A stretch of 64,000 nt of DNA from Eledone cirrhosa (GCA_964016885.1 OZ024747.1:70432001-70496000), one strand, 5' to 3'; positions 29,070 to 40,385 are shown, counted from the first letter of the stretch. Numbers and translations are program-made. Notes: generated from the letters alone by a model not told the origin.

Positions 29070-29303
29070 TGCTACTGTACGTCTGTATACATATATGTAT
29101 GTACGTATACATACACACTTACATTTAAGTAAGTGCCATACTAAGAGTGAGAAATGAAATTTCGTTTTCATTTTTTTCAACTTATCGTTTTCGGTATGCC
29201 TGACCGATTTAACTCACTCAATATGCAAATTAGGCTACTCAGCCGTTAATTTTCATAAGGAAAGTATATACTTTCGAACGTTCAACTATCTGGCAGATGG
29301 GTA

Positions 29304-29348
29304 AACGGTGGTGATGATAGCTAACAAGCTTGAAACTAGTACATCGTT
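29304..29348 (+). ncRNA. Family A hammerhead with C3G mutation
   Basis: Core reads GUGAUGA; otherwise identical to 28763-28807. Confidence 0.7.
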
Positions 29349-29507
29349 CCTGTGTCAGTGTTGAACAAAAAGGTGACGTGGTTGCCTTAACACCGTATGG
29401 CATAAATTCAGGCTGTTCGATTTGTTGTCAAACAAACGAACAAAGCAGGCGTTATAATAAACGTCGGCTAAACTGATGCGTGCATATATGTATGTGTACC
29501 TGTATGC

Positions 29508-29598
<91 letters not shown>

Positions 29599-29664
29599 TG
29601 CTACTGTACGTCTGTATACATATATGTATGTACGTATACATACATACTTACAATATATATATAT

Positions 29665-30211
29665 AAAAAATAAATAATAAAGATAATAATGACAAAAATA
29701 AAAGCAAAGAAGGGGGTGAGAAGAAGAAAAGAAAAGATAGCTAAGAAGGGGTGGGAAGGAAGGAAGAAAACTAAGAAATAGAAGTGGAATGAGGGAGAAT
29801 AGGGGGATATATGTATTGGTTTTGTGGGTAATTAAAGGGTTTAGATACAACAAGAGGGTATAAAGTCTAAGTATATGCAGTTTGTCAGTTTGTAGTAACA
29901 GGTTAAGGGTTCGATCTGTAGTGCGAAAACTTCTCTTTGAGTCTATGGTTACAATAAATTGATCTCTCGATTTTATTGTTGAGTAACTTCTTCTTCGAAC
30001 TTAAGATGTGGAACAGCTCAAGGTCGCATAATCGACAGCTTTTCATACCACTCCGATATGGGGGCGCGTTCGATAATTTTTTCCACTTCAGGGTGTATTG
30101 ATGGTTACTTTCCCTCAGTTGCCAGGTCATGTTTGCAAGGGTAGTTACATAACGGTCGTAAATACCTGGATAAAATCCTTCTCTTAATGCTTACCTGCGT
30201 TTTCTATTTTA

Positions 30212-30215
<4 letters not shown>
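29665..30215 (-). mobile_element. 3' fragment of another Hydra-like PLE, with inverted pLTR piece 30150-30215
   Basis: [37 protein letters not shown] (29903-30130); the inverted piece matches 27312-27378. Confidence 0.8.
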
Positions 30216-30280
<65 letters not shown>

Positions 30281-30633
30281 CAGTATTCTTTCGCGTTGCG
30301 GAAGCAATACGTTCCAGAAAATCATGTTGTTAGGCGAAACAAATTTTTCAATTGATTTACATGTGTATGAAGTGAGATGCATTCCGAGGTATTTTTTTTT
30401 TGAGAAAAGGCACTTACCAAAAACCCAAAAGCAAAAAACTCCTTGTAGGGTTAATGATAGCAACTTCTATACTTACAAAGTTTCATATGAATACATAAGA
30501 ACATTTGAAGAGAAAATCTTGAAGGAAAGCATGACAATCGTAACATTCGAACATGGTACAGGACACAATATATACATACACAGACGTACACAAATATCAA
30601 CAGTGAAATAATTTACAAATTTTTATAATCACT

Positions 30634-30690
<57 letters not shown>

Positions 30691-30777
30691 GTAAAGTTAT
30701 ATTTAAAATTGTTGGGTTACAACTAGTAAATATTTATAACTGATATAAAAGCACTCGACAAATATTTGGAGTATATT

Positions 30778-31151
30778 TACAATATTAAATAAATGGAAAA
30801 CTATATTTATAAAACCATATTTATTTCATTATATATATTTCGGGGATATCATATTAACAATATGCTATGCCTTCATCAGACAAAATACAATATAAACAGT
30901 TTTATAGATAAATATATTCGACATACCGTAATAAACATCAACTTCATTTGAAGAGGTTTACGCTAGCGTAAACATCTTCAAATGAAGTTGATGTTTATTA
31001 CGGTATGTCGAATATATTTATCTATAAAACTGTTTATATTGTATTTTGTCTGATGAAGGCATAGCATATTGTTAATATGATATCCCCGAAATATATATAA
31101 TGAAATAAATATGGTTTTATAAATATAGTTTTCCATTTATTTAATATTGTA
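30778..31151. repeat. Spacerless palindrome with 187-bp arms made of a PLE-type pLTR
   Basis: Centre cgct|agcg at 30964/30965; only one mismatch seen, near the centre. Confidence 0.93.
31042..31107 (+). ncRNA. Minimal hammerhead (mirror copy 30822-30887 on -)
   Basis: UAUUUUGU-CUGAUGA-AGGCAUAGCAUAUU GUU AAUAUGAUAUCCCC-GAAA-UAUAUA-UA^-AUGAAAUA. Confidence 0.75.
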
Positions 31152-31198
31152 TATGTATATATATATATTTGTATGTATGTATATAATTTTATGTACAG

Positions 31199-31256
<58 letters not shown>

Positions 31257-31288
31257 ATCTGTACATAAAATTATATACATACATACAA

Positions 31289-31371
<83 letters not shown>

Positions 31372-31515
31372 CAAGTGATTATAAAAACCTGTGAATTATT
31401 TCACTGTTGATATTTGTGTACGTCTGTGTATGTATATATTGTGTCCTGTGCCAAAGTATCGTCTTCCTGTCTTCCTCCTGTTGCAACGTTTTTTGAAATA
31501 TCCACTTCTGCGTTT

Positions 31516-31591
31516 ACAGATCGACTTTGTTAGTTTCAGAAGATCCCGTTAAGGGTGAAAGCAGCGATTCTTTGCTTAAACTTTAATCTGT
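31516..31591 (+). ncRNA. Type-I hammerhead ribozyme motif, U4A core variant, in 5' pLTR
   Basis: AGUUU-CAGAAGA-UCCC GUUAA GGGU-GAAA-GCA...UGC-UU^-AAACU, with distal stem I ACAGAU(C)G/UAAUCUGU beyond a bulge. Confidence 0.7.
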
Positions 31592-31736
31592 TATTTTAAT
31601 AAATATTTGCTCTACGGTTCTTATATATTTGATATATATTTATCCTTATCGAGCCCTCTTTGGATTTTAGTCTTCAAATTTATTATTATTACTATTTGGC
31701 TCCCTCGGTTGAGCACTCTATTGACTTATATTCATC

Positions 31737-33840
31737 ATGCAGAAACAACACCTGAATATTTCTACAAAGAACATACCCGTACCAAGCAGGAAAACATACC
31801 TAAAACTCCTGATACAGAAAACAGACGCGTTCATTAAAAGGTTGCGTTGGCGTGCCTTTTATTTCGATAATCCGCGAAAAGCAGACAACAAACAGGATAA
31901 ATTTGGGTGTAAAACCTATAATAACCCTCCGTGTAACCCAGCATTGCTACCCTTCGAAAATGATGTCTTGGAACTCATACGGAGTATCACATTTCGAAAT
32001 AGGAGCAATTCCTTCCAGCAGGACCTGAAGAATAGAATTCCTTCCATTAAGGATTCTAATGCCGTGCACGTCCATTCCGACAAAACTGGCAACCTATATC
32101 AAGTGGAGCGCAGTACTTACCATCAACTACTACATAATACTGTAACTAAGGATTACCGTAAAACTAATCGGTGCGTCATCAATGAAATCAACGATGCTGG
32201 GTTTAAAATCACCTCTGGACCGGACCGAACCTCTGGACACTATTTCTCCCCACTTTACCCTGAAGGATCACAAATCCAATTTTCCGAACAACCCCTCTAT
32301 TCGGCTTATTAACCCTACGAAGTCCGATTTAGGTAGACTTAGTAAAAGGATTCTTGATAGAATTATACCTGAAATTAGAAGTTTGGCCCCTCTTGCACTG
32401 TGGAACAATTCTTTCGCGGTGATTGATTGGTTCAACGGCATATGCAACAAGGAACATTGCCGTTTTATCCAATTCGACATCAACAATTACTACACCTCCA
32501 TAACTTTACCACTTCTCCTTAGAGCTATCAATTTCGCTAAAACACTCACAGTGGTTAAGGATTTCGAAGTTGATGTCATCCTCGATGCCCGTAAGTCGGT
32601 GATTAATTTCGACGACTCTATTTGGATTACAAAATCCAATAGTAACCCATTCGACGTGAGTATGGGCGCCAGCGATTCTGCGGAGGTTACTGATCTTATC
32701 GGCTTTCTCTATCAAGGACGAATTCCCCAACGCGAGCGGTGGTTTGTACCGTGATGATTGTCTTTTGACCATGACTAAGTGCGGACCTCGTGCTTGCGAC
32801 AGGTTCAGAAAAGAACTCACAGCCTTCTTTAAAGGCTTGAACCTCTCTATACAGGTTGAGGCCTATCCCTCGGTCGTTAATTACCTCGACGTTACCCTAA
32901 ATTTATCGAATGGGTTGTATTATGCGTATAGAAAGCAGAATGATTCGCTTAATTACATAAGTAGGTATTCCAACCATCCTGCCAGCATAACCAAGAACCT
33001 GGTAAGAAACGTTTCGTTGAGGCTTTCCCGTCTATCTACTAACGAGCATATTTTCAACGACCATTCCACATATTATAATGAAGCTCTTGCTCGGAGTGGA
33101 TTTGTCGATAAGGTAGCATATACAGAGTAGGAAAACAGACCTAGAAGAAATAGATCCCGTCGCATCTGTTGGTATAACCCACCATATAATATGGAGGTGG
33201 CCACACCATTAGCTAAGATCTTTCTTTCCCTTATTACGAAGCATTTTCCCCCTACACATAAATATAGTAACATTTTTAATAGAAATACTATTAAAATTTC
33301 TTACTCTACGACTCCTAACCTTGCACATAACATCACCGCTTCAAATTTAGCTAAACTACCTAGCTGTAGGAACACGTGCAACCCTGTAGTTAGTACTAAC
33401 TGTAATTGTAGGAATCGGGTTGATTGCCCCCTATCCGGGAAATGCCTCTCTAGTAAGATTGTCTACAAATGTAAGGTTGAAACACCCACGTCCCGTAGGG
33501 CCTACATAGGGTTAACCGCCAATAGATTCAAGCAGCGTCTTTACATGCATACCCATTCTTTTCGTTACCCTCTAAGAAGGAATATGACGTCACTTTCAGC
33601 TTATATCAGGAGTCTAAAAGACAACCACACCCAATTTAAATTACACTGGGAGATCCTAGCTAGGGCTAGATTGTATAACGGAAATAAAAGACCATGTGAC
33701 CTCTGCGCCGCTGAGGCCCTGGAAGTACACTACGCCAAAGACCACATCTTAAACAAAAAATTTAAGGCAATTTCGGCTTGCAAACATAAATTGCACAAAA
33801 CATTCCTGTATTACAGCCCCAAATTATACCCTAACGGATT
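31737..33840 (+). pseudogene. PLE RT-GIY-YIG polyprotein, disrupted
   Basis: ORF pieces 31737-32312, 32182-32754, 32744-33130 and 33191-33988 join into one protein. There is a frameshift near 32220, an 11-nt deletion near 32703 (versus the 13.5-kb copy, which reads IGLFLLFSIKDDFPNASGGLYRDDG) and an in-frame TAG at 33128 (TAC in the other copy). The native stop has mutated TAG>TTG near 33839. Confidence 0.92.
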
Positions 33841-34436
33841 GTACGATCTAAACGTGGATATTTTACGTCTTGATGTGGTAGCTAAATATATACCAGTTTT
33901 GTTTATACCATTACTTATTTGCATAGGTAAGTATATAGTACCTGTATGTTTTGTGAAGGTACGTATACTTTCACATACGTATATTTGATTGTTTATGTTT
34001 GGCGTTTACATTTTTTATATATTCTGGTACATATGGTTTGGTTATGTGTATACGGGAGTTTTGCGTCTGTGTGAATATGCAGGTTCGTACGTATGTAGGG
34101 TGTGTGTATATGTGTACTTCATGTTTTGGTTGACTTAGGTCTCCGAACATTTGTGTATTTACATGTAGGTATGTGTGTGCGCTTGTTATATACGTATTTA
34201 TTTATTTATATACGTTTATTTATTTATTTATCTATTTGCATACACGCACGCACACACGCACATATTTATATGTGCGTGGTTTTGTTTACCTATGGCAAGT
34301 GTTTTCGCGTATGCTTGTGTATGTATGTATTTGCATGCGTGTATGCATTTATTTAATTTCTATTACCTCTGTATTGTATTTATTTACTTTATTCTTAACT
34401 CTGAAGCGGAGATTCATTCGGTTTCCTAATTAGAAC

Positions 34437-34690
34437 TTAGTCTACGACTTGAGCTATACCATTTACGTGGTTTTGTCTTTGCGTGCCATTGTTCTCCACG
34501 CTCCACATATGACGTATTATCTTCGTTTTTTCCGTTCATTGCCAGAGAACGTCTCTATGAACCACCTAAGAGAACATTAGTCTACAACGTCTTTTATACC
34601 ATGAACAAGGTTCTGTCTTTGCGCGTAATCGTTTTTCACCGCTCCTATTAATGACGTATTATATTCGTTTTTTCCCGTTCTTTGCCAGCA
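34437..34690 (+). repeat. Diverged 140-bp tandem duplication inside the PLE 3'UTR
   Basis: ttagtctac at 34437 and 34577; present in all three copies. Confidence 0.8.
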
Positions 34691-34785
34691 AACGTTTCCA
34701 CGAACCAAAGTATCGTCTTCCTGTCTTCCTCCGGTTGCAACGTTTTTTGAAATATCCACTTCTGCGTTTACAGATTGACTTTGTT

Positions 34786-34836
34786 AGTTTCAGAAGATCC
34801 CGTTAAGGGTGAAAGCTGCGATTCTTTGCTTAAACT
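34786..34836 (+). ncRNA. Hammerhead motif (U4A variant) in 3' pLTR
   Basis: Same fold as 31532-31582, with one stem III mismatch (GCU). Confidence 0.65.
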
Positions 34837-34943
34837 TTAATCTGTTATTTTAATAAATGTTTGCCCTACGATTCTTATATATTTGATATATATTTATCCT
34901 TATCGAGCCCTCTTTGGATTTTAGTCTTCAAATTTATTATTAT

Positions 34944-35085
<142 letters not shown>

Positions 35086-35137
35086 TTACATATATATATA
35101 TATATATGATATATAATGTATATATATATATGTAAAC

Positions 35138-35168
<31 letters not shown>

Positions 35169-35171
35169 CAC

Positions 35172-35214
<43 letters not shown>

Positions 35215-35505
35215 CGTGTGCGTGTGTGTGTGCAGATTATTATGGTTCCTAGGAGATATACATATATATATTTGTATGTATGTATATAATTATTTTATGT
35301 ACAGATTATATACATATATACATATATATCTATTATATATATATACATAGTATGTATATATATATATTATATATATTATATATATTTATTAATAGAACAG
35401 ATTAAAGTTTAAGCAAAGAATCGCTGCTTTCACCCTTAACGGGATCTTCATATATATATATGTGTGAAAAATAACACGGATCGGCCATGTAGTAGGGTTT
35501 ATTCC

Positions 35506-35617
35506 AAGTATTAACAAATGTTTCAATGGTCCGGTGTGTCTAAGAACCGCTATCTGCAGTGTGTCGTCACAATCGAATTTAAGTACCATTAAGACTAACC
35601 AAATTCTCAAAATACTT
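35506..35617 (-). ncRNA. Candidate hammerhead with U3-A8 core and long stem II
   Basis: AAGUAUU-UUGAGAA-UUUGGUU...GACCAUU-GAAA-CAUUUG-UU^-AAUACUU; perfect 7-bp stem I. Confidence 0.55.
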
Positions 35618-35689
35618 ATAAACATCCCGATATAGCGTGCTCATAACCTCTACTTGGATTGCCTTAAAGGATATCTCGTTAACTTAAAG

Positions 35690-35719
<30 letters not shown>

Positions 35720-35724
<5 letters not shown>

Positions 35725-35902
35725 AAAAGGTTCAGGACCCCGACGGCAGAGCTGAAGCCGTTTCGACAGCTATTTCTGGGTTCCAGAAATAACCGTCGAA
35801 ACGGCGTGAGCTCTGCCGTCCGAGTCCTGAACCTTTTCCTATTACCCACTCTACTACCGAAAGTCTCGGGTACTCTGGTGCGTTATGGATCGTCTGGTTC
35901 TC
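35720..35902 (+). mobile_element. Hairpin pLTR element, third copy
   Basis: Arms pivot at tttctggg|ttccagaaa; same tail. Confidence 0.78.
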
Positions 35903-35934
35903 ACGAATGAAACAGTTCTAGTCCTGTAGAAAGT

Positions 35935-36039
<105 letters not shown>

Positions 36040-36221
36040 TGTATATATATATATAAATATATATATATCAATGATATATATATACATATTATATATATAT
36101 TATATATACATATTATATATATATATACATATGTATTATCTATATATATATATAGTAATAATAATAAATTTGAAGATTAAAATCCAGTGATTCTTTGCTT
36201 AAACTTTAATCTGTTATTTTA

Positions 36222-36293
<72 letters not shown>

Positions 36294-36367
36294 TGTATAT
36301 ATATATATATATATATAATATATATGTATATATATATATATAAATATATATATATCAATGATATTGA

Positions 36368-37320
36368 TAAATGGAAACTATATTTATAAAACCATATTTA
36401 TTCTATTATATATATTTCAAGGGTACCAAAACTTTGGTACGCCCTCATCAGATAAAATACAAAGTTTGTTTTATAAACAGTGACATACCCAGGAATCAGA
36501 CCCTAACGGTTCAAGGTTTAAATGAAGCAGTGAGTAAGTCAAGGTTTATATGAAGGAAATTTACGTTGGTAAGATTAGTATCTATAGTATTTTAAGATTT
36601 AGGTCAGAGAATAGTTTAATTAAATCTTTACGAAGTGTCGAGGTCATGGCCATTGGTGGTATGAGAGACTGCTAGTCCGTCATCTTGATATAACCCGATG
36701 GTATGACTTGGGAGTTTTCCCTTTATTGTGTATAGAAAGAACAAACCGACCAAATCACACACATCGACACTGTCAAAGGAGCCCATAGAGACATCAAAAG
36801 GGTTTTCTGGATTAGATCTGTTTCCCCAAGATTCATTTTTGGCAAAAAGTCAAGTTTTCCGGGCATGTAAAATTACTTACTCTTCTAAATCGGATATATT
36901 AGTGTAATATTTTGCGAAATCTAATGCTTTGGCTAATAAAGATTGAGTAATAGAGGAATAGATGTCTATTATATCGAATTGAGTGAATCAAGATATATTT
37001 TTATCAGGTATAATATTAAACCATGAAACTACTGAAGATATATTAAGCCATTGATTAGTTGTGTTTTACTTCTTATTTCTAATATTATATTTCTCAATAT
37101 TTTTTTACTGGCAAGACCGATTTCTGATTTAGCATGGTTAATGAGTCTACAACTAGGTCTGTTATTGAAATTTATTTTGTGGTCTTTCAATGTAATATAG
37201 GCTATACGTTTAGCTCGGCTTTCAGTTCTATTCTCAATTTTTAATTTACTTGCAATGTCTTTAGCTTCAATATTTATATTATTAAGGGTGTTACTTTTGG
37301 CATTTTGATATTTGGTAGTG
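36368..37320 (-). mobile_element. Degenerate Hydra-like PLE: RT fragment (about 36550-37320) joined to an HHR-bearing pLTR
   Basis: AYITLKDHKINFNNRPSCRLIN..KSEIG, QFDI, PFDVSMGSFDS, LYQDDGL across frameshifts and stops. Confidence 0.85.
36399..36459 (-). ncRNA. Minimal hammerhead related to 31042-31107
   Basis: UAUUUUAU-CUGAUGA-GGGCGUACCAAAGUUUUGGUACCCUU-GAAA-UAUAUA-UA^-AUAGAAUA. Confidence 0.8.
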
Positions 37321-37321
37321 A

Positions 37322-37972
37322 TGTTCAAAGATGCGAACAGGACATTAAAACCGTTCTGCACGCAATTGTTCAGTGCCCAGGGGTGACTGACCTGTGGAAT
37401 TATGTCGATCAGCTACTGTCACTTGTCACGGAATCCTTCGTGAGGATCACCCCACCGCCTTCATTTAAGAATGAAAGAGAGGCGGATTTCCTCTGTCTGG
37501 TGACTATGGCGAAAGAGGTAATATGATGGACGAGGTTAAAAAGACTGAGGGCAAAAACCTTCCTCTCCGGACAATAATACATCCCCTTCTTTAAATACCA
37601 CTTCAGAAAGAACGTGAGTGTGGAGAGGTGCTACGCCCCAGTAAATTCGCTGAAAGGTGTGTGAATGTGGCGAAAATGGCCCGAGTGAATTGGCCTTCTC
37701 TGTATATAAAACTGTAGGTTGAGGAAGACAAAAAGAGGGAAGACGGGATCACCTACAAAACATGCCCCTAGTGTTGAGAGGTGTTCTATCTATGGGGTGT
37801 AAAACAACCACGCAGTAACGTTCTCCACTATTGGGGATTATTATTTTAATTTATATATAGTTTATTGTTATTTATTAATATTAAAGTTGTATAATTTTTA
37901 TGTAAAATACCCGCCGTCACGTCTTGTAATGTCCCATTTTTTGTACACCCTTGAGGCAAATAAAGAAAGATA
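37322..37972 (+). mobile_element. 3' end of Tx1/L1-like LINE (CCHC zinc knuckle + 3'UTR)
   Basis: CxRC..TVLHAIVQC..LW motif; AATAAA near the 3' end. Confidence 0.65.
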
Positions 37973-38112
37973 TCTCTCTATCACACTCCTCCGTCGCTTT
38001 GTTTCTCTCTGCACACAATCTCTTTCAATATATACCATTTATCCATTTGAACGTTCCCCTATGTTGATTTTCGCCCGCTGTTGACCTTTGGTATGCATAT
38101 ATATATATATAT

Positions 38113-38228
38113 ATAAGTTGAAAAAAATGAAAACGAAATTTCATTTCTCACTCTTAGTATGGCACTTACTTAAATGTAAGTATGTATGTATACGTACATA
38201 CATATATGTATACAGACGTACAGTAGCA

Positions 38229-38308
<80 letters not shown>

Positions 38309-38639
38309 CAGGTACACATACATATATGCACGCATCAGTTTAGCGGACGCTTATTATAACGCCGCTTTGTTCGTTTGTCAACAAACTGAACAGCCTGAAT
38401 TTATGCCATACGGTGTTAAATAAGGAAGGTATATACTTTCGAACGTTCATCTATCTGGCAGATGGGTAAACGGTGCTGATGATAGCTAACAAGCTTGAAA
38501 CTAGTACATCGTTCCTGTGTCAGTGTTGAACAAAAAGGTGACGTGGTTGCCTTAACACCGCATGGCATAAATTCAGGCTATTCAGTTTGTTGACAAACGA
38601 ACAAAGCGGCGTTATAATAAGCGTCCGCTAAACTGATGC

Positions 38640-38698
<59 letters not shown>

Positions 38699-38735
38699 TG
38701 CTACTGTACGTCTGTATACATATATGTATGTACGT

Positions 38736-38745
<10 letters not shown>
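38113..38745. repeat. Second locus of family A (inverted partial 38113-38419 + forward 38420-38745)
   Basis: High identity to 27787-29651; flanked by (TA)n. Confidence 0.88.
38469..38513 (+). ncRNA. Intact minimal hammerhead (family A)
   Basis: Identical to 28763-28807. Confidence 0.88.
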
Positions 38746-38775
<30 letters not shown>

Positions 38776-38777
<2 letters not shown>

Positions 38778-39655
38778 CAATTAAGTTAAAAATGTACATC
38801 CACATATGTATACTGAAATACTAGTATGCATATGAATACACACACGTATACATATGTAGATGTACCGAGTTTTTCACTGGTCACTTTACTGTGAGTGTCC
38901 AGCTATTCTGTATGTAAACACACAGACAAACCGGTTTTTAGAGTCATACTGGTTTTTGAGGAAACACCTTTCCTCTATTCTCCAGAAAGCCAGGCAAGGA
39001 ATATTGAACTAGTTTCGATGTTGTTACATCTCATCAGCAATATTTACCTATCTTCCGGCCTCTCTAGAGAATCGTAAAAGCACATATCGTTATATGCTTT
39101 TTCTATGAAAATTAGTAGTGGGCAGACTAATTTGCATAGAGCGTGAGTACGTACCGGTTCAACGGAGACGATAAAAACAAATAACGAAACGAAATTAAAT
39201 TTCGTTTCATTTGTAACTCACTTTTGTATGACTGACGCTTAAACAATTAAGTTAAAAATGTACATCCACATATGTATACTGAAATACTAGTATGCATATG
39301 AATACACACACGTATACATATGTAGATGTACCGAGTTTTTCACTGGTCACTTTACTAGTTCAATATTCCTTGCCTGGCTTTCTGGAGAATAGAGGAAAGG
39401 TGTTTCCTCAAAAACCAGTATGACTCTAAAAACCGGTTTGTCTGTGTGTTTACATACAGAATTGCTGGACACTCACAGTAAAGTGACCAGTGAAAAACTC
39501 GGTACATCTACATATGTATACGTGTGTGTATTCATATGCATACTAGTATTTCAGTATACATATGTGGATGTACATTTTTAACTTAATTGTTTAAGCGTCA
39601 GTCATACAAAAGTGAGTTACAAATGAAACGAAATTTAATTTCGTTTCGTTATTTG

Positions 39656-39660
<5 letters not shown>
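38776..39660. repeat. Non-coding 466-bp HHR repeat (family B), about 1.25 units then an inversion near 39355
   Basis: aacaattaagttaaaaatg at 38776 and 39242; 39355-39660 is the reverse complement of unit sequence; flanked by (TA)n. Confidence 0.88.
39000..39044 (-). ncRNA. Intact minimal type-I hammerhead (family B)
   Basis: AAUAUUG-CUGAUGA-GAUGU AACA ACAUC-GAAA-CUAG-UU^-CAAUAUU. Confidence 0.9.
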
Positions 39661-39698
<38 letters not shown>

Positions 39699-39880
39699 GC
39701 ACACACACATATGCGAAAGGTCAACGACGAATATCAACATAGGGGAACGATATAATGCAGCGATGATTGGTTATATAAAGAGAAAGAAAGAGAGGGAGAG
39801 AGACAGGGGGAGGGAGTGGAGAGAGAAAAACAGATAGTTGGAGGAGCTCGATTGATTGATAGATAAATATATATATATGT

Positions 39881-40056
39881 ATAGGAACAATTAGGACCCC
39901 GACGGCTGAGCTCAAGCCGTTTCGACGGCTAATTCTGGACTAATTCTCAGCCGTCGGGGTCCTACTTGTTCCTATTACTCACTCTACTACTCTAAATATT
40001 GAGTACTTTGGTGCGTTATGGTCCATCTGGTTCCTTACCACATTTCCTTCATTATA
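39881..40056 (+). mobile_element. Hairpin pLTR element, fourth copy (internal deletion in right arm); a tail-only relative lies at about 13960-14095
   Basis: Same termini and tail (actctactac.ctaa.tat.gagtact.tggtgcgttatggtcca). Confidence 0.75.
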
Positions 40057-40200
40057 TATATATGAATATATACATATACACACACGCAAACAAAAGCGCG
40101 CACACACACACACGCATACACACACATATATATATATATATTTGTGTTTGTGCATGTACACACTACTCAATCTTTCTGTTTTTCTCTCTCTCTCGTTCTC

Positions 40201-40231
<31 letters not shown>

Positions 40232-40385
40232 TTCTCTCTTTCTCTCCCTCTTTATATATACGACTAATATATATCATCAATGCATTGTATCTTTCCCCTA
40301 TGATGATATTCATTGTTCACCTTTCGCATATATACATACATGTATATATATATATATATATACATGTACACGCATACATACACAT

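Larger units (their letters stand above)
27787..29651. repeat. Non-coding about 540-bp HHR-containing tandem repeat (family A, retrozyme-like): one inverted unit (27787-28293) plus about 2.5 forward units
   Basis: ggtgacgtgg recurs at 28294, 28831 and 29372 (periods 537 and 541; the difference is in the internal (TA)n). One HHR per unit; no real ORF. Confidence 0.9.

Noticed and set aside
27787-29651. Possible CRISPR-like or satellite array
   Set aside because: No repeat-spacer structure, eukaryotic context, and only a few units at dispersed loci.
30280-30325. Minus-strand hairpin followed by GAAA resembling a hammerhead
   Set aside because: Core reads CUGGAAC and there is no valid cleavage triplet or stem I; at best a decayed remnant.
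38030-38100. About 70-bp motif (ttcccctatg.tgat..t..ttgacctt) repeated at 39710-39775 (-) and 40260-40330 (+)
   Set aside because: A real short repeat, but no structure or family could be assigned.
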